Positions 1 through 9,090 of a stretch of 64,000 nucleotides of DNA are shown here, piece by piece. Made by a program: the position numbers and the translations under genes. The notes beneath the pieces were generated by a model. The model ran no database searches and had not been told where the DNA came from. It saw only the letters and a program-made list of their open reading frames with translations. This stretch comes from Thermoplasmatota archaeon (GTDB lineage Archaea; Thermoplasmatota; Thermoplasmata; UBA10834), in assembly GCA_040751795.1 (NCBI GenBank), contig JBFMHR010000001.1, positions 352,001 through 416,000 on the forward strand, read 5' to 3'. Within the stretch, counting starts at the first letter, position 1. Every line of letters starts with the position of its first letter.

Positions 1-678
1 CATGCCCCTGGCCTGCTCGAGCAGGCCGGTCCTCAGGAGCGTCGAGCCGCAGCACCCCTCGTCGTTCCCGAGGGTCCCGAAGTCCACGCCAGCCTTCGAC
101 AGCACCGTGGCTGTGTCGAGGGCCATGCTCTTGATGTTGGGGTCGTACGCGGCGGTGCAGCCCACGAAGTACAGGACGTCGCAGTGCTCCTTGAGGGCGT
201 CCTTGACCTTGACGTCCTTGTCCAGCTTCCTCGCCCACCTCGAGCGCTGTGTCCTCGGCTGCATCCAGGGGTTGTCGTAGTTCTCGATGCTCTTGACTAT
301 CTGCTGGTGCTCCGGCATCGGGCCGACGCCGTTCGCCACCAGGAACTCGCGCATGTTCTCCCACATCGCTATGGTGTCGAGGTGCGCCGGGCACACGGTC
401 TTGCACTGGCCGCATATGGTGCACTCGTAGGCGCGGGAGGACAGCTCCTTCATCGCGCCCTCCGGGAGCTCCCTGGGACCGAGGAGGAGCGACCTCAACC
501 CGTACTGGGACTTGTAGAGTTCCTTCAGCCGGAGTATCTTCCCCCGGGGCGTGACCATCTCGACGTCCTGCGCCTCGCCCCCGGTCGGGCATGTTGCGGT
601 GCACTCGCCGCAGCGGGTGCACGCGTCGAACCGCATCAGGGAGGCTACGTCCAGTTTGGAGATGTCGAGCCTCCTCAC
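1..678 (-). CDS. (Fe-S)-binding oxidoreductase, HdrD/GlpC-like (partial, runs off window start)
   Basis: Manual translation from GTG at 678, which overlaps the upstream stop: MRRLDISKLD...CTRCGECTATCP...CTICGQCKTVCP...YFVGC...EGCCG. Two 4Fe-4S motifs plus a CCG domain. Not in the ORF track. Confidence 0.85.
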   Translation of the reverse strand, partial: MRRLDISKLDVASLMRFDACTRCGECTATCPTGGEAQDVEMVTPRGKILRLKELYKSQYGLRSLLLGPRELPEGAMKELSSRAYECTICGQCKTVCPAHLDTIAMWENMREFLVANGVGPMPEHQQIVKSIENYDNPWMQPRTQRSRWARKLDKDVKVKDALKEHCDVLYFVGCTAAYDPNIKSMALDTATVLSKAGVDFGTLGNDEGCCGSTLLRTGLLEQARGM

Positions 679-1586
679 GCTCCCCCCTCCTCGGACATGA
701 GGCCCTCAAGCTCCATCGCTATCGGGGTGGCGATCATGTGGAACAGCTTGCTGAACGGGATGTAGGCGATGAGGAGGGCGCTCATGACGCCGTGGACGAG
801 CCATGCGGCGTCGTACCAGTCGCCCGAGGAGGCCGGGAGCGCCAGGGATATCGCATACCCGACGAACGAGTACTCGACGTCCTGGGTGTGCCCCGGGATG
901 CCTCCAGCGATGCCCATGCCCTCTAGGACGAAGCCGCCCAGGACGACGGCGAGCAGGAACACGATCGAGGCCGCGTCGGGCAGCTCGGTCCGGACGATCT
1001 TGGGCCTGAGCGCGAACCTGCGGACCGCGGCGATGCTGAGCCCGACCAGCATCATCGCGCCCGCGACCTCGAATCCGATGTCGCGGAAGAGGAGCTTGGC
1101 CCAGCCACCCTCCTCTATCATGGGACCGTACCCGAGTATGTCCATCGAGAGGGTGACGAGGAGGTCGAGCGCGAACATCAGGAGGAAGCCGCCGAGGATC
1201 ATCAGGTGCATGAACCACCTGGAGATGCTCCGGCCCTTCAGCTTGGAGAGGTAGAGGGCGTCACGGGCGAGGACGCCGAGCGCCCTTGCGAACATCCTGC
1301 TCGCGAGGAGCCTGGCCGCCCTCCAGACTAGCCTGACCAGCCGCCCCTCAGGGCTGCCGACGAGGCCCTTGCCCCGCATCCAGAGGAGCATGTTGTAAAG
1401 GGTGCCCAGGAGGAAGACCGCGGTGCAAACGACGATGGTGACAAGGAACAGCGACAGGTAGGCCCTGTCGCGCACGTAGACCGTGTCGTACGGGAGCACC
1501 AGTATGACGGCGGAGATGAGCAGGACGGCCGCGAAGAACGGAACGTAGAGCCGCGCCCTCTCGCTCAGGTACCCGCCCTCAGGCAT
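675..1586 (-). CDS. Membrane cytochrome b subunit, HdrE / nitrate reductase gamma (NarI)-like
   Basis: C-terminal half of ORF 675..2429, real start probably MPEGG at 1586. Multiple TM helices, RWFMH and IPFSKLFHMI heme-ligand motifs, coupled to the HdrD-like gene. Confidence 0.8.
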   Translation of the reverse strand: MPEGGYLSERARLYVPFFAAVLLISAVILVLPYDTVYVRDRAYLSLFLVTIVVCTAVFLLGTLYNMLLWMRGKGLVGSPEGRLVRLVWRAARLLASRMFARALGVLARDALYLSKLKGRSISRWFMHLMILGGFLLMFALDLLVTLSMDILGYGPMIEEGGWAKLLFRDIGFEVAGAMMLVGLSIAAVRRFALRPKIVRTELPDAASIVFLLAVVLGGFVLEGMGIAGGIPGHTQDVEYSFVGYAISLALPASSGDWYDAAWLVHGVMSALLIAYIPFSKLFHMIATPIAMELEGLMSEEGGA

Positions 1587-1618
1587 GGGTGCTCGAATGA
1601 TGATGGCCGAGTATAAAA

Positions 1619-2689
1619 TCATCCCCTCAGCGCCCTGAAGTGGCTGTTGGCGCAGAGCCTGGCGGCCTCGACGAGCAAACCCGGCGCGGAGTCGGTGTCC
1701 GCAGCCATTGCAGGCCCCTGGGAGAGCAGCTCCTCCCTCGCCCTGTCGAGGAGTTCGGCGACATGCCGGGCCTCGTCCCGCCCGAGCGACGACCTCCTCT
1801 TCCCCACCGCGCCCGCCAGCTCCAGCATCCTCCCGCCGTCCCAGAGCTTCGCGCCTACCAGGAACGACTCGCGCTCCATGCCGAGGACCGCGACCTTCAG
1901 GTCGGCCAGCGGCCTGTCGAGCTCCGAGGCGGCTCCGCCGCGCTGCGACGGCGCAGGCCGGGGCCTGTTGACGCATGGGACCTGGATGATGCGGGTCAGG
2001 AAGCCGTTCGCCTCCGGGTAGTCCGGGTGCTCCAGGTGCGGGCCTGCCAGGACCATCGTGCCGTCCCCGACGCGGCAGGAGACGACCGCGGGCGCGCCCA
2101 TGACCATCTCCTCGGCCCTCCTGCGGTCGGTCTGGAGAATCGTCCTCTGAGTGAACGACATGTACCTCAACACGACCCGGTCGTCCTCCGGCTCCTTGAA
2201 CACCGGACCTCCGTAGACGGGGGCCCTGAAGGCCCCGGCCCCGTCCCCGACCTCCACCTCGCCCCTGAACGGGTGGATGATGCTGCACGAACCGTACCTG
2301 ACCCCCTCCCTCGGGGAGTGCGCGGGGACCTCGCCGAGCTCCCCGATGTTCCTGATCCTGGTCGATGAGAGGTTGAACCTGTCGAACGGCTCCATCCTGG
2401 AGGGGAGGGGGAGGTACGCGCCCGCGCACGCGCCTAGATACATACCACCCTGCCTCACGTGCCTCTCGATGGCTTTGAACGCGCGCGGCGCGAGGGCGGC
2501 CGCGATCTCGAACCCGTCGCCCCCCGACACGACCACCAGGGACGCCCCGTCCCCGATCCCCCTGACCAGGCCCTCGGCGTCAACGAACTCGCAGTCGGAC
2601 GCGCCTCGGGCCTCGAGCAGGTCCGCCGTCCACGTCCACGAGTGGGACGAGCCCCTGCCGGCGTAGACCAGGATCCTCCCGGGGAGCAT
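1619..2689 (-). CDS. BPL-N (biotin-protein ligase N-terminal, GATase-like) domain protein
   Basis: VVSGG, YLGACAGAY and GPHLE motifs typical of BPL_N. Confidence 0.7.
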   Translation of the reverse strand: MLPGRILVYAGRGSSHSWTWTADLLEARGASDCEFVDAEGLVRGIGDGASLVVVSGGDGFEIAAALAPRAFKAIERHVRQGGMYLGACAGAYLPLPSRMEPFDRFNLSSTRIRNIGELGEVPAHSPREGVRYGSCSIIHPFRGEVEVGDGAGAFRAPVYGGPVFKEPEDDRVVLRYMSFTQRTILQTDRRRAEEMVMGAPAVVSCRVGDGTMVLAGPHLEHPDYPEANGFLTRIIQVPCVNRPRPAPSQRGGAASELDRPLADLKVAVLGMERESFLVGAKLWDGGRMLELAGAVGKRRSSLGRDEARHVAELLDRAREELLSQGPAMAADTDSAPGLLVEAARLCANSHFRALRG

Positions 2690-2760
2690 CGACCACGGTC
2701 AACGGCGACGGCACGCATAAAACTAGCCCGTCCGGTTGCTGGCTCTGACGGGAAGGTATA

Positions 2761-2775
2761 GAAAGGGTTATAGAA
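2761..2775 (+). promoter_or_regulatory. BRE/TATA-like promoter of tRNA-Val
   Basis: GAAAGGGTTATAGA about 30 nt upstream of the tRNA. A similar AA(C/G)GGTTA motif precedes msrA, both clostripains and tRNA-Leu. Confidence 0.55.
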
Positions 2776-2802
2776 CCCCTTGCCTTATCTCGCCCCCTAC
2801 AA

Positions 2803-2878
2803 GGGCCCATGGTCTAGTGGCTATGACATCTGCTTGACATGCAGAAGATCGCCGGTCCGAATCCGGCTGGGCCCACCA
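2803..2878 (+). tRNA. tRNA-Val(GAC), encoded CCA
   Basis: Acceptor stem GGGCCCA/TGGGCCC, anticodon arm TCTGC-TTGACAT-GCAGA, T arm GCCGG-TCCGAAT-CCGGC, ends ACCA. Confidence 0.95.
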
Positions 2879-2970
2879 CCTCTTCTCCCGGATACGCCAT
2901 CACGTCGGGCCGCCGCGGAGCGGGGCCACTGCGGCCGCGGGAAGCGGAGGATGGTCGGTCCCTCTGCGCG

Positions 2971-3423
2971 TCAGAACGTCATGATCACGCCGAATATCAC
3001 CATGAGCGATATGAGGGGGATGATGACGCCCACGACCACGCCTATTATGAGGCATGTCCTCCCGACGCGCTTGTAGTCGGGCTCCGGCTTCATCATGAAT
3101 ATGATCCCGATGACGATGCCCGCGAGGGGGACCAGCACGGAGAGCACGTACAGCAGTATGCGCATCGTGTCGCTCATGGTCTCCGGCCGCATCGCCTGCT
3201 GGGTGGACCACCTGAAGTCGTGCCCGCAGTACGGGCAAACGTAGGCATCGAACGGGATCGTGCGCCCGCACGATGTGCAGAACCTCGGCCCGGAGGCGGG
3301 GGGCGGCGCCTGGGCGGGGATGCCCTTCCAGCCCGGCTCGGCCCTCGGGAGCTCCCTGGAGCAGCTGCTGCAGTAGTACGAGTAGTCGAGGTTCTCCGAC
3401 CCACAGTTAGGGCACTTGACCAT
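2971..3423 (-). CDS. Double zinc-ribbon membrane protein
   Basis: CPNC..CSSC and CTSC..CPYC motifs followed by two TM helices. Start MVKCPNC at 3423. Confidence 0.75.
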   Translation of the reverse strand: MVKCPNCGSENLDYSYYCSSCSRELPRAEPGWKGIPAQAPPPASGPRFCTSCGRTIPFDAYVCPYCGHDFRWSTQQAMRPETMSDTMRILLYVLSVLVPLAGIVIGIIFMMKPEPDYKRVGRTCLIIGVVVGVIIPLISLMVIFGVIMTF

Positions 3424-3556
3424 CGCCTTTCCCCGGACTGCGACGGGCCGGGACGGGCTTAAACCTATGCGTGGCCTCCCCGCGCCCCCGTCAACCGAAG
3501 CCTCTAAAACCGATGACCGCCCATCCGGTGCCGCGAGAACCACAGGTGGGGACCTG

Positions 3557-4093
3557 ATGACGTGGCTCTCTGACTGCTACAGCAAGCCCCCTCCGACGAC
3601 GCTGACGGTAGGGGGCACCGAGGTGGGCATCGCCGGGCTCGAGGAGATCATGGAGGCGGCGCTCCAGAGGATGGACCGCCCCGACGAGGAGGTCAAGGAC
3701 CTCCTCATGGACGAGCTGAGGGCGCGCAACTACGTCCCGTCCTCCGTCAGGGAGGAGTACAGGCAGGTCCTGTGGGCCGAGTACAGGAAGCTCAGGGTGC
3801 GCAGGAGGGACGAGGTCGAGGAGAGCTACAAGGGGATACCCAGGGAGGAGGTCCCGTGGTTCCCCAGGGTGGACAAGTCAAGGTGCGAGGGGTGCAGCTC
3901 CTGCGTCGAGTTCTGCTCGCAGAAGGTCTTCGAGTTCTTCGACGGGAAGTCGCAGGTGGTGAGGCCCAACAACTGCCTCGTGGGCAAGTCGAGCTGCAAG
4001 GCGTTCTGCCCGGACGGGGCGATCTCGTTCCCCACGAGGAACGAGCTGAGGGAGGCGCTGGGGAGGCTCAGGGCCGGCCGGGGCATCGAGTGA
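3557..4093 (+). CDS. Ferredoxin-family (4Fe-4S dicluster) protein with N-terminal helical domain
   Basis: CEGCSSCVEFC and CLVGKSSCKAFCP motifs. N-terminal GIAGLEEI...NYVP domain. Start ATG 3557 after a purine-rich SD. Confidence 0.75.
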   Translation: MTWLSDCYSKPPPTTLTVGGTEVGIAGLEEIMEAALQRMDRPDEEVKDLLMDELRARNYVPSSVREEYRQVLWAEYRKLRVRRRDEVEESYKGIPREEVPWFPRVDKSRCEGCSSCVEFCSQKVFEFFDGKSQVVRPNNCLVGKSSCKAFCPDGAISFPTRNELREALGRLRAGRGIE

Positions 4094-4141
4094 GCCGGAT
4101 ACGGCGCAACGGTTATGCCCTCCGCCGACGACGTGCGCCGC

Positions 4142-4624
4142 ATGACGGAGAAGGCCGTCTTCGCGGCGGGCTGCTTCTGGGGCGTCGAGGCGTCGTTCAT
4201 GAGGGTCAGGGGCGTCGTCTCCACCAGGGTGGGCTACACCGGGGGGAGGACGCGGGACCCGACCTACGAGGACGTGTGCACCGACACAACCGGCCACGCC
4301 GAGGCGGTCGAGGTCGAGTTCGACCCCGCGGTCGTCTCGTACGGGCAGCTCCTGGACGTGTTCTGGGGCATCCACGACCCGACCACCCTGAACAGGCAGG
4401 GCCCCGACAGGGGGACCCAGTACCGCTCGGCAATATTCCACATGTCGGAGCAGCAGAGGACCGAGGCGGAGGCTTCCAGGGACCGGCTCCAGGCGTCGGG
4501 GAGGCTGGGCAGGGCGAAGGCGGTCACGGAGATCGTCCCTGCCGGCACCTTCTACGAGGCCGAGGGGTACCACCAGAGGTACTTCGAGAAGCGCGGGGGC
4601 GGCGGCTGCAGGCTCTGCCGCTGA
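4142..4624 (+). CDS. msrA: Peptide-methionine (S)-S-oxide reductase
   Basis: GCFWG active site, HDPT and YHQRY motifs. Confidence 0.95.
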   Translation: MTEKAVFAAGCFWGVEASFMRVRGVVSTRVGYTGGRTRDPTYEDVCTDTTGHAEAVEVEFDPAVVSYGQLLDVFWGIHDPTTLNRQGPDRGTQYRSAIFHMSEQQRTEAEASRDRLQASGRLGRAKAVTEIVPAGTFYEAEGYHQRYFEKRGGGGCRLCR

Positions 4625-4629
4625 CGCGC

Positions 4630-6024
4630 TCAGTGGTGGTGCTCCGGCTGGAAGTTCACCGGCCTGAGGGCGCCGAAGGCCCTCGCCAGCACCTCCGAGA
4701 GCGCCGGGTGTATGATCTGCGCCCTCACGAGCGGGGCGTAGGTCTGGTTCTCCGAGTACATCATGTTCACGACCTGCTGTATGAGCGTCGCGGCCTGGGG
4801 CCCGACGGCGGTGGCGCCCAGTATGCGCCTGCTCGGGTACTCGACCATGACCTTCACGAACGCATCAGGGTCGCCGTAGGCGTAGCCCATGGCGGTGTCG
4901 GTGTACATCGCCTTCCCGACCATGGTCTTGCGCCCCTTGACCGCCTCGGCCTCCGTCATCCCGACCTGGCCCACCTGCGGGTCCGTGAAGACCGCGTGCG
5001 GCACGGCGTGGAGGTCCATGGCCATCCTCTGGGGGCTGTAGAGGTTGTGCCCCACTATCGACGCCTGGTAGTTCGCGGTGTGCCTGTACATGTTCCTCCC
5101 GAGCGCGTCGCCGAGGGCGAATATGCCGGGCTTGGAGGTCTCCAGGAACTGGTCCGTCAGGATCCATCCTTTCTCGTCCGTCTTGACTCCGGAGTTCTCC
5201 GGCCTCAGCCAGTCGGTGTTGGGCCTGACGCCTGTCGCCACCAGGAGCTGCTTCCCGTCGACCTCCCTCTCGCCGCCCTCGGCGGGGTCCCTGATCGTGA
5301 CGGAGAACGTCGTGGCCCTCTGGCTGACCGACAGCACCTCCGTCCCCGTGTGGACCTCCGCGTGCCTGGAGAGGCGGGCCTTGACGAGGGCGCTCGTCTC
5401 GGGCTCCTCGTGCGGGAGCAGGACGGGGTTCCTGCCGACGAGGACGACCTTGGTGCCTATGGCGGAGAAGAAGTGGGCGAACTCGCAGCCGATGTACCCG
5501 CCGCCGAGGATGACGATGCTCCTCGGCTGCTCCTCGATCTCGAACACGGTCCTGTAGGTGTGGTACTTGGCCCTCTCAAGGCCGGGTATGCCGGGCACGC
5601 TGGCCCTGGCCCCGGAGGCGATGACGACCTTCTTGCCACGCACGGTCTCCCCGCCGACCTGGAGGGTGTGGTCGGAGACGAAGCTGCCAATCCCGCGGTA
5701 CAGGTCGAGCCCGCGGGCGTGCTTCACCCCCTCCTCCATCTCTCTCCTGCCGTTCAGGACTATGTCCCACATCCGCCTCTTGATGGCGGGGTAGTCGACC
5801 TTCACCAGCTCCATGCTGACGCCGGCGGCGGCCGCGGCCTCGGCCTCCCTTATGGCGTCCGCCACGTGCACCAGGACCTTCGACGGTATGCATCCCCGGT
5901 TGAGGCAGGTCCCGCCGAGCGGCCCCTCCTCGACCACGGCGACCCTCTCCCCCCTCTGCAGCGGGAGGTCCACGAGGTTCATCCCCGCCCCCGACCCTAT
6001 GACCACCAGGCCGTACTCCTTCAT
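4630..6024 (-). CDS. Dihydrolipoamide dehydrogenase / mycothione reductase-like flavoprotein disulfide reductase
   Basis: GSGAG, GGTCLNRGCIPSK redox motif, GGGYIG, C-terminal HPALSE. Start MKEY at 6024. Confidence 0.88.
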   Translation of the reverse strand: MKEYGLVVIGSGAGMNLVDLPLQRGERVAVVEEGPLGGTCLNRGCIPSKVLVHVADAIREAEAAAAAGVSMELVKVDYPAIKRRMWDIVLNGRREMEEGVKHARGLDLYRGIGSFVSDHTLQVGGETVRGKKVVIASGARASVPGIPGLERAKYHTYRTVFEIEEQPRSIVILGGGYIGCEFAHFFSAIGTKVVLVGRNPVLLPHEEPETSALVKARLSRHAEVHTGTEVLSVSQRATTFSVTIRDPAEGGEREVDGKQLLVATGVRPNTDWLRPENSGVKTDEKGWILTDQFLETSKPGIFALGDALGRNMYRHTANYQASIVGHNLYSPQRMAMDLHAVPHAVFTDPQVGQVGMTEAEAVKGRKTMVGKAMYTDTAMGYAYGDPDAFVKVMVEYPSRRILGATAVGPQAATLIQQVVNMMYSENQTYAPLVRAQIIHPALSEVLARAFGALRPVNFQPEHHH

Positions 6025-6133
6025 CTCGATCCCCGCCCTCGAAGCGCGTACGGGGGCAATAAACTTCGGGCGGACGCCCGCGCAGGCGCATCGTTTGTAT
6101 AGAGGCGACGACACTACCTCGCCCGGTGACAGC

Positions 6134-6361
6134 GTGGGGAAGATAGAGCTGCCTATGCCCGAGCTCGGGAGGGGGACCCAGTTCCTCAGCTCGTCCGCGG
6201 ACAGGATGCAGGAGGACCTGAGGTCCAGGGTGCCGGAGAGGTTCAGGGCGTCCCTCGTCGTGAGGCCCTTCAAGAGGAGGGGCTCGACGGGCATATCCGT
6301 CGAGTACGACGACGCCGCCGAGTCGTACGTGCTGGCCGCGCTCGAGGAGAGCGCCAGGTGA
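6134..6361 (+). CDS. Small hypothetical protein
   Basis: C-terminal part of ORF 5813..6361, with host-like codon use after a TATA-like TTTGTATA. Start uncertain. Confidence 0.5.
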   Translation: MGKIELPMPELGRGTQFLSSSADRMQEDLRSRVPERFRASLVVRPFKRRGSTGISVEYDDAAESYVLAALEESAR

Positions 6362-6374
6362 GGGGGGGACAGGG

Positions 6375-6575
6375 CTGCCCTCGTCCCTCGAGCAGGGGAA
6401 GCGCACGGCCCCCCGGCAGCTGACCGAGAGGGAGCTCGCGATGCTCAGGACGCAGAGGGACCGGCAGGAGCGCTACATAAGGACGGCCCACTTCGTCCAG
6501 TCCAAGTGGTTCATGGTCGGCGGGGCGGTGGGCATAGCCCTGTTCTTGCTGATGATAATACTGCTGGCGAGGTAG
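6375..6575 (+). CDS. Small single-pass membrane protein
   Basis: Manual translation ...MLRTQRDRQERYIRTAHFVQSKWFMVGGAVGIALFLLMIILLAR*. ATG at 6441, possible CTG start at 6375 after a G-rich SD. Confidence 0.5.
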   Translation: MPSSLEQGKRTAPRQLTERELAMLRTQRDRQERYIRTAHFVQSKWFMVGGAVGIALFLLMIILLAR

Positions 6576-6578
6576 GCC

Positions 6579-6689
6579 TCACCTCTTCTTGTGGAGGGGG
6601 CAGGGGTAGCCCAGCCTGCAATACCTGCACTTCTCCGCCTTGACCGGAGCGATGGCCTTCCTCATGCGTCCGTACTTGCGCCTCGGCAT
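6579..6689 (-). CDS. 36-aa basic zinc-finger miniprotein (CxxC-x5-CxxH)
   Basis: MPRRKYGRMRKAIAPVKAEKCRYCRLGYPCPLHKKR*, SD-like GGGGA directly upstream. Below the ORF-track cutoff. Confidence 0.6.
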   Translation of the reverse strand: MPRRKYGRMRKAIAPVKAEKCRYCRLGYPCPLHKKR

Positions 6690-6737
6690 GTCCCCGACGG
6701 GTGAGCGACCAGCGGTTAGATAAGAGCGACGGTCGGC

Positions 6738-8888
6738 TCAGCCCGACCTGGGGAGGAGCATGTTGAAGACGCACCCCTTGGACGGGTCCCTGGGCACTAT
6801 GTCCGAGACCCACATCTTCCCGGAGTAGCGGTCCACTATGCTCTTGGCGGCGGCGAGGCCTATCCCGAAGCCGCCCGTGAGCTCCGAGCGCGAGCGCTTG
6901 GTCATCCTGAGCACCTCCCGCTTGAGGGCGTCCGGGACGGACCTGCCCGGGTCCTCCACCCTGACGAGCCACATGTCCCTCCGGCCCTCCTTCTGCTCCT
7001 CCGCAGAGACGGACATCCTGGTCTCCGGCCTCTTGGACGACCTCGACGCCGTCACGAAGAGGTTGACGAAGGCGTCCTTGAGCAGGGGGTCCGCGGTGAC
7101 GAGGACCGGGCCCTGGGGGAGCGTCACGGTCACCTCTATCGGCCGGCCGGGGCTCCTGGCCCGCGCCTCGGCCACCGCCCCGTCCAGCACCTGGCGGAGG
7201 TCCGTCCTGGCGAGCTGGGGCAGGGCGTTCTCCCTCAGCCTGGCGAGGGTGCGGACCGTGTCGACCAGGTAGACTATGTTGTCCACCTGGGAGTAGGCCT
7301 TCTCGACGGCCTGGGCGACCTCCGGGTCGAGGGTCTTCATCGCCCTGAGGGACTCGATGTAGGCCATCACCGGGGTGGTGTAGTTCGCTATGTCGTGGGT
7401 GAGGAGGTCCATGTGCAGCTGCACCTGGTCCCTGGTGCTCGACACCTCGCCCAGCAGCCGGGCGTTCTCGACGGCCACGGCCGCGTGGTTTGCGAACATC
7501 GTGGCGACCTCCAGGTCCTCCTTCGTGAACACGTCCGGGGGGTACTTGAGGAGCTCCACGACCCCCAGCACCTCCTTCTTGCCCAGAATGGGCACCGCGA
7601 GCATCCGCGAGTGCGTCGCCGGCGTGCCGGGGATGTAGGAGCCCCGCCCGTCCTCCTCGGTGTCGAGGATTATCTCGGCCCTCTTCGTCCTGGCGACGTG
7701 GCCGACGTACCCCTCCTCCGCGGGGAAGTCCCTGTCCCCCATGACCTCGGAGGCGTAGGGGCCCGTGGCGTAGACCGGGTTCCCCACCTTCCTCGGCCAG
7801 TCGAACATGTAGAAGGCGAGCTCGTTGCACGGGATGAGCTCGGCCATCTTCTCCGACACGATCCTGTAGATCTCGGAGCTCTCGATCTCCTTCTGGAGGT
7901 CCGCGGCCGTCTCTATGAGGGCGGTCTGCGCCCTCGACCTTATGCTGAGCTTCTCGAAGAGCTCGACGTTCTCCATGATCCTGACTATGTCCGCCCCGAA
8001 GTCCTCCGCGATGCTGACCTCGTCAGGGGTGAAGGGCGTCGGGCCGGAGGTGTCGCCTATGAACATGACCCCCAGGCGGGCGTCGCCCCTCAGGAGCGGC
8101 ACGACCATGCAGTGGTCGAAGGACATCTGGCCCAGGATCTTCCTCTTCTGCCCGGCCGACCACGCGGGCGAGATGCACGTCCTCGGGGAGAGGTGCTCGA
8201 GCGCCTCCGCGGCCAGCGGGAACGAGTTCAGGAACATCCTGGAGTCCCTCGATATGGCCACCCCCTTCGCGGAGCAGCCTATGCACATGAGCTCCCCGGT
8301 GTCGGGGAGGTACCTGAAGACGGAGACGAAGTCGGCGTCGAAGTAGTCCATGGCGTTCCTGCAGAACATGGCGAAGGACTGCTCGAGCTCCGACCTGTCC
8401 CCGGGGCTGCACGAGAGGCACTTGAGCAGGATCGCCTGCATCTGGAGGTGCTCCTCCATGAGGAGGGCGATCTCCTCTATGCCCGCGTCCACGGCGAATG
8501 ACGCCACCCTCCTGGCGCCGGTGGTGTTGGCGTCCGGGACCCTCTCCTGGACGAAGTCCACGAGTATCCGCCTCAGGATGAGCTGGTTGGCGATGACCCT
8601 GCTGAGGTCCATGGTCCTGAGGTGCTCGGACCTGATGACGCTCCGGAGGACCTCCCTGTTCTTCCTCGACGATGGGTCCTCCACGGAGTCCATGAGCGCG
8701 AGCAGGTAGGTCCTGAGCCTCTCCGCCCTCACCTGCGGGGCGGCGACCGACTCCGACACGCGCGCGAACGGGACCCTGCCGACCTCGGCGGCCCACCGCT
8801 CGACGATGGCCGGCGCCTCGTCCCTGATGAGCCTGATGACCTTCGAGTCCGCGGGCCCGTTGACCACGGGCCCACGGGATGGATGCAC
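6738..8888 (-). CDS. GAF-GAF sensor histidine kinase
   Basis: Two GAF domains, H-box LTHDIANY, G2 box GFGIGL, N-terminal helical sensor-like domain. Confidence 0.85.
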   Translation of the reverse strand: MHPSRGPVVNGPADSKVIRLIRDEAPAIVERWAAEVGRVPFARVSESVAAPQVRAERLRTYLLALMDSVEDPSSRKNREVLRSVIRSEHLRTMDLSRVIANQLILRRILVDFVQERVPDANTTGARRVASFAVDAGIEEIALLMEEHLQMQAILLKCLSCSPGDRSELEQSFAMFCRNAMDYFDADFVSVFRYLPDTGELMCIGCSAKGVAISRDSRMFLNSFPLAAEALEHLSPRTCISPAWSAGQKRKILGQMSFDHCMVVPLLRGDARLGVMFIGDTSGPTPFTPDEVSIAEDFGADIVRIMENVELFEKLSIRSRAQTALIETAADLQKEIESSEIYRIVSEKMAELIPCNELAFYMFDWPRKVGNPVYATGPYASEVMGDRDFPAEEGYVGHVARTKRAEIILDTEEDGRGSYIPGTPATHSRMLAVPILGKKEVLGVVELLKYPPDVFTKEDLEVATMFANHAAVAVENARLLGEVSSTRDQVQLHMDLLTHDIANYTTPVMAYIESLRAMKTLDPEVAQAVEKAYSQVDNIVYLVDTVRTLARLRENALPQLARTDLRQVLDGAVAEARARSPGRPIEVTVTLPQGPVLVTADPLLKDAFVNLFVTASRSSKRPETRMSVSAEEQKEGRRDMWLVRVEDPGRSVPDALKREVLRMTKRSRSELTGGFGIGLAAAKSIVDRYSGKMWVSDIVPRDPSKGCVFNMLLPRSG

Positions 8889-9090
8889 TGCCGTGGAAGT
8901 ACCCTCCAGCCTGAGCGGCTACGACCTCCTCAATATGCCCTTGCGGGTTCAAAAACGCTTTGCCCTCGGAACGGGCCTCCCCCGGGCCCCCCGCGCGGCG
9001 CGGCCAGCACCCCCGGACAATGGGAGGTTTTAGGTCGAATAGCCTTATATTTCGGCACCCGATAGCGACGTCCCGGAGTTGTGCCTACCA

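Noticed and set aside
1587-2429. Long N-terminal extension of ORF 675..2429 and the many long Arg/Gly/Pro-rich alternative-frame ORFs in 1-38 kb
   Set aside because: Shadow ORFs caused by high GC3. They overlap well-supported genes.
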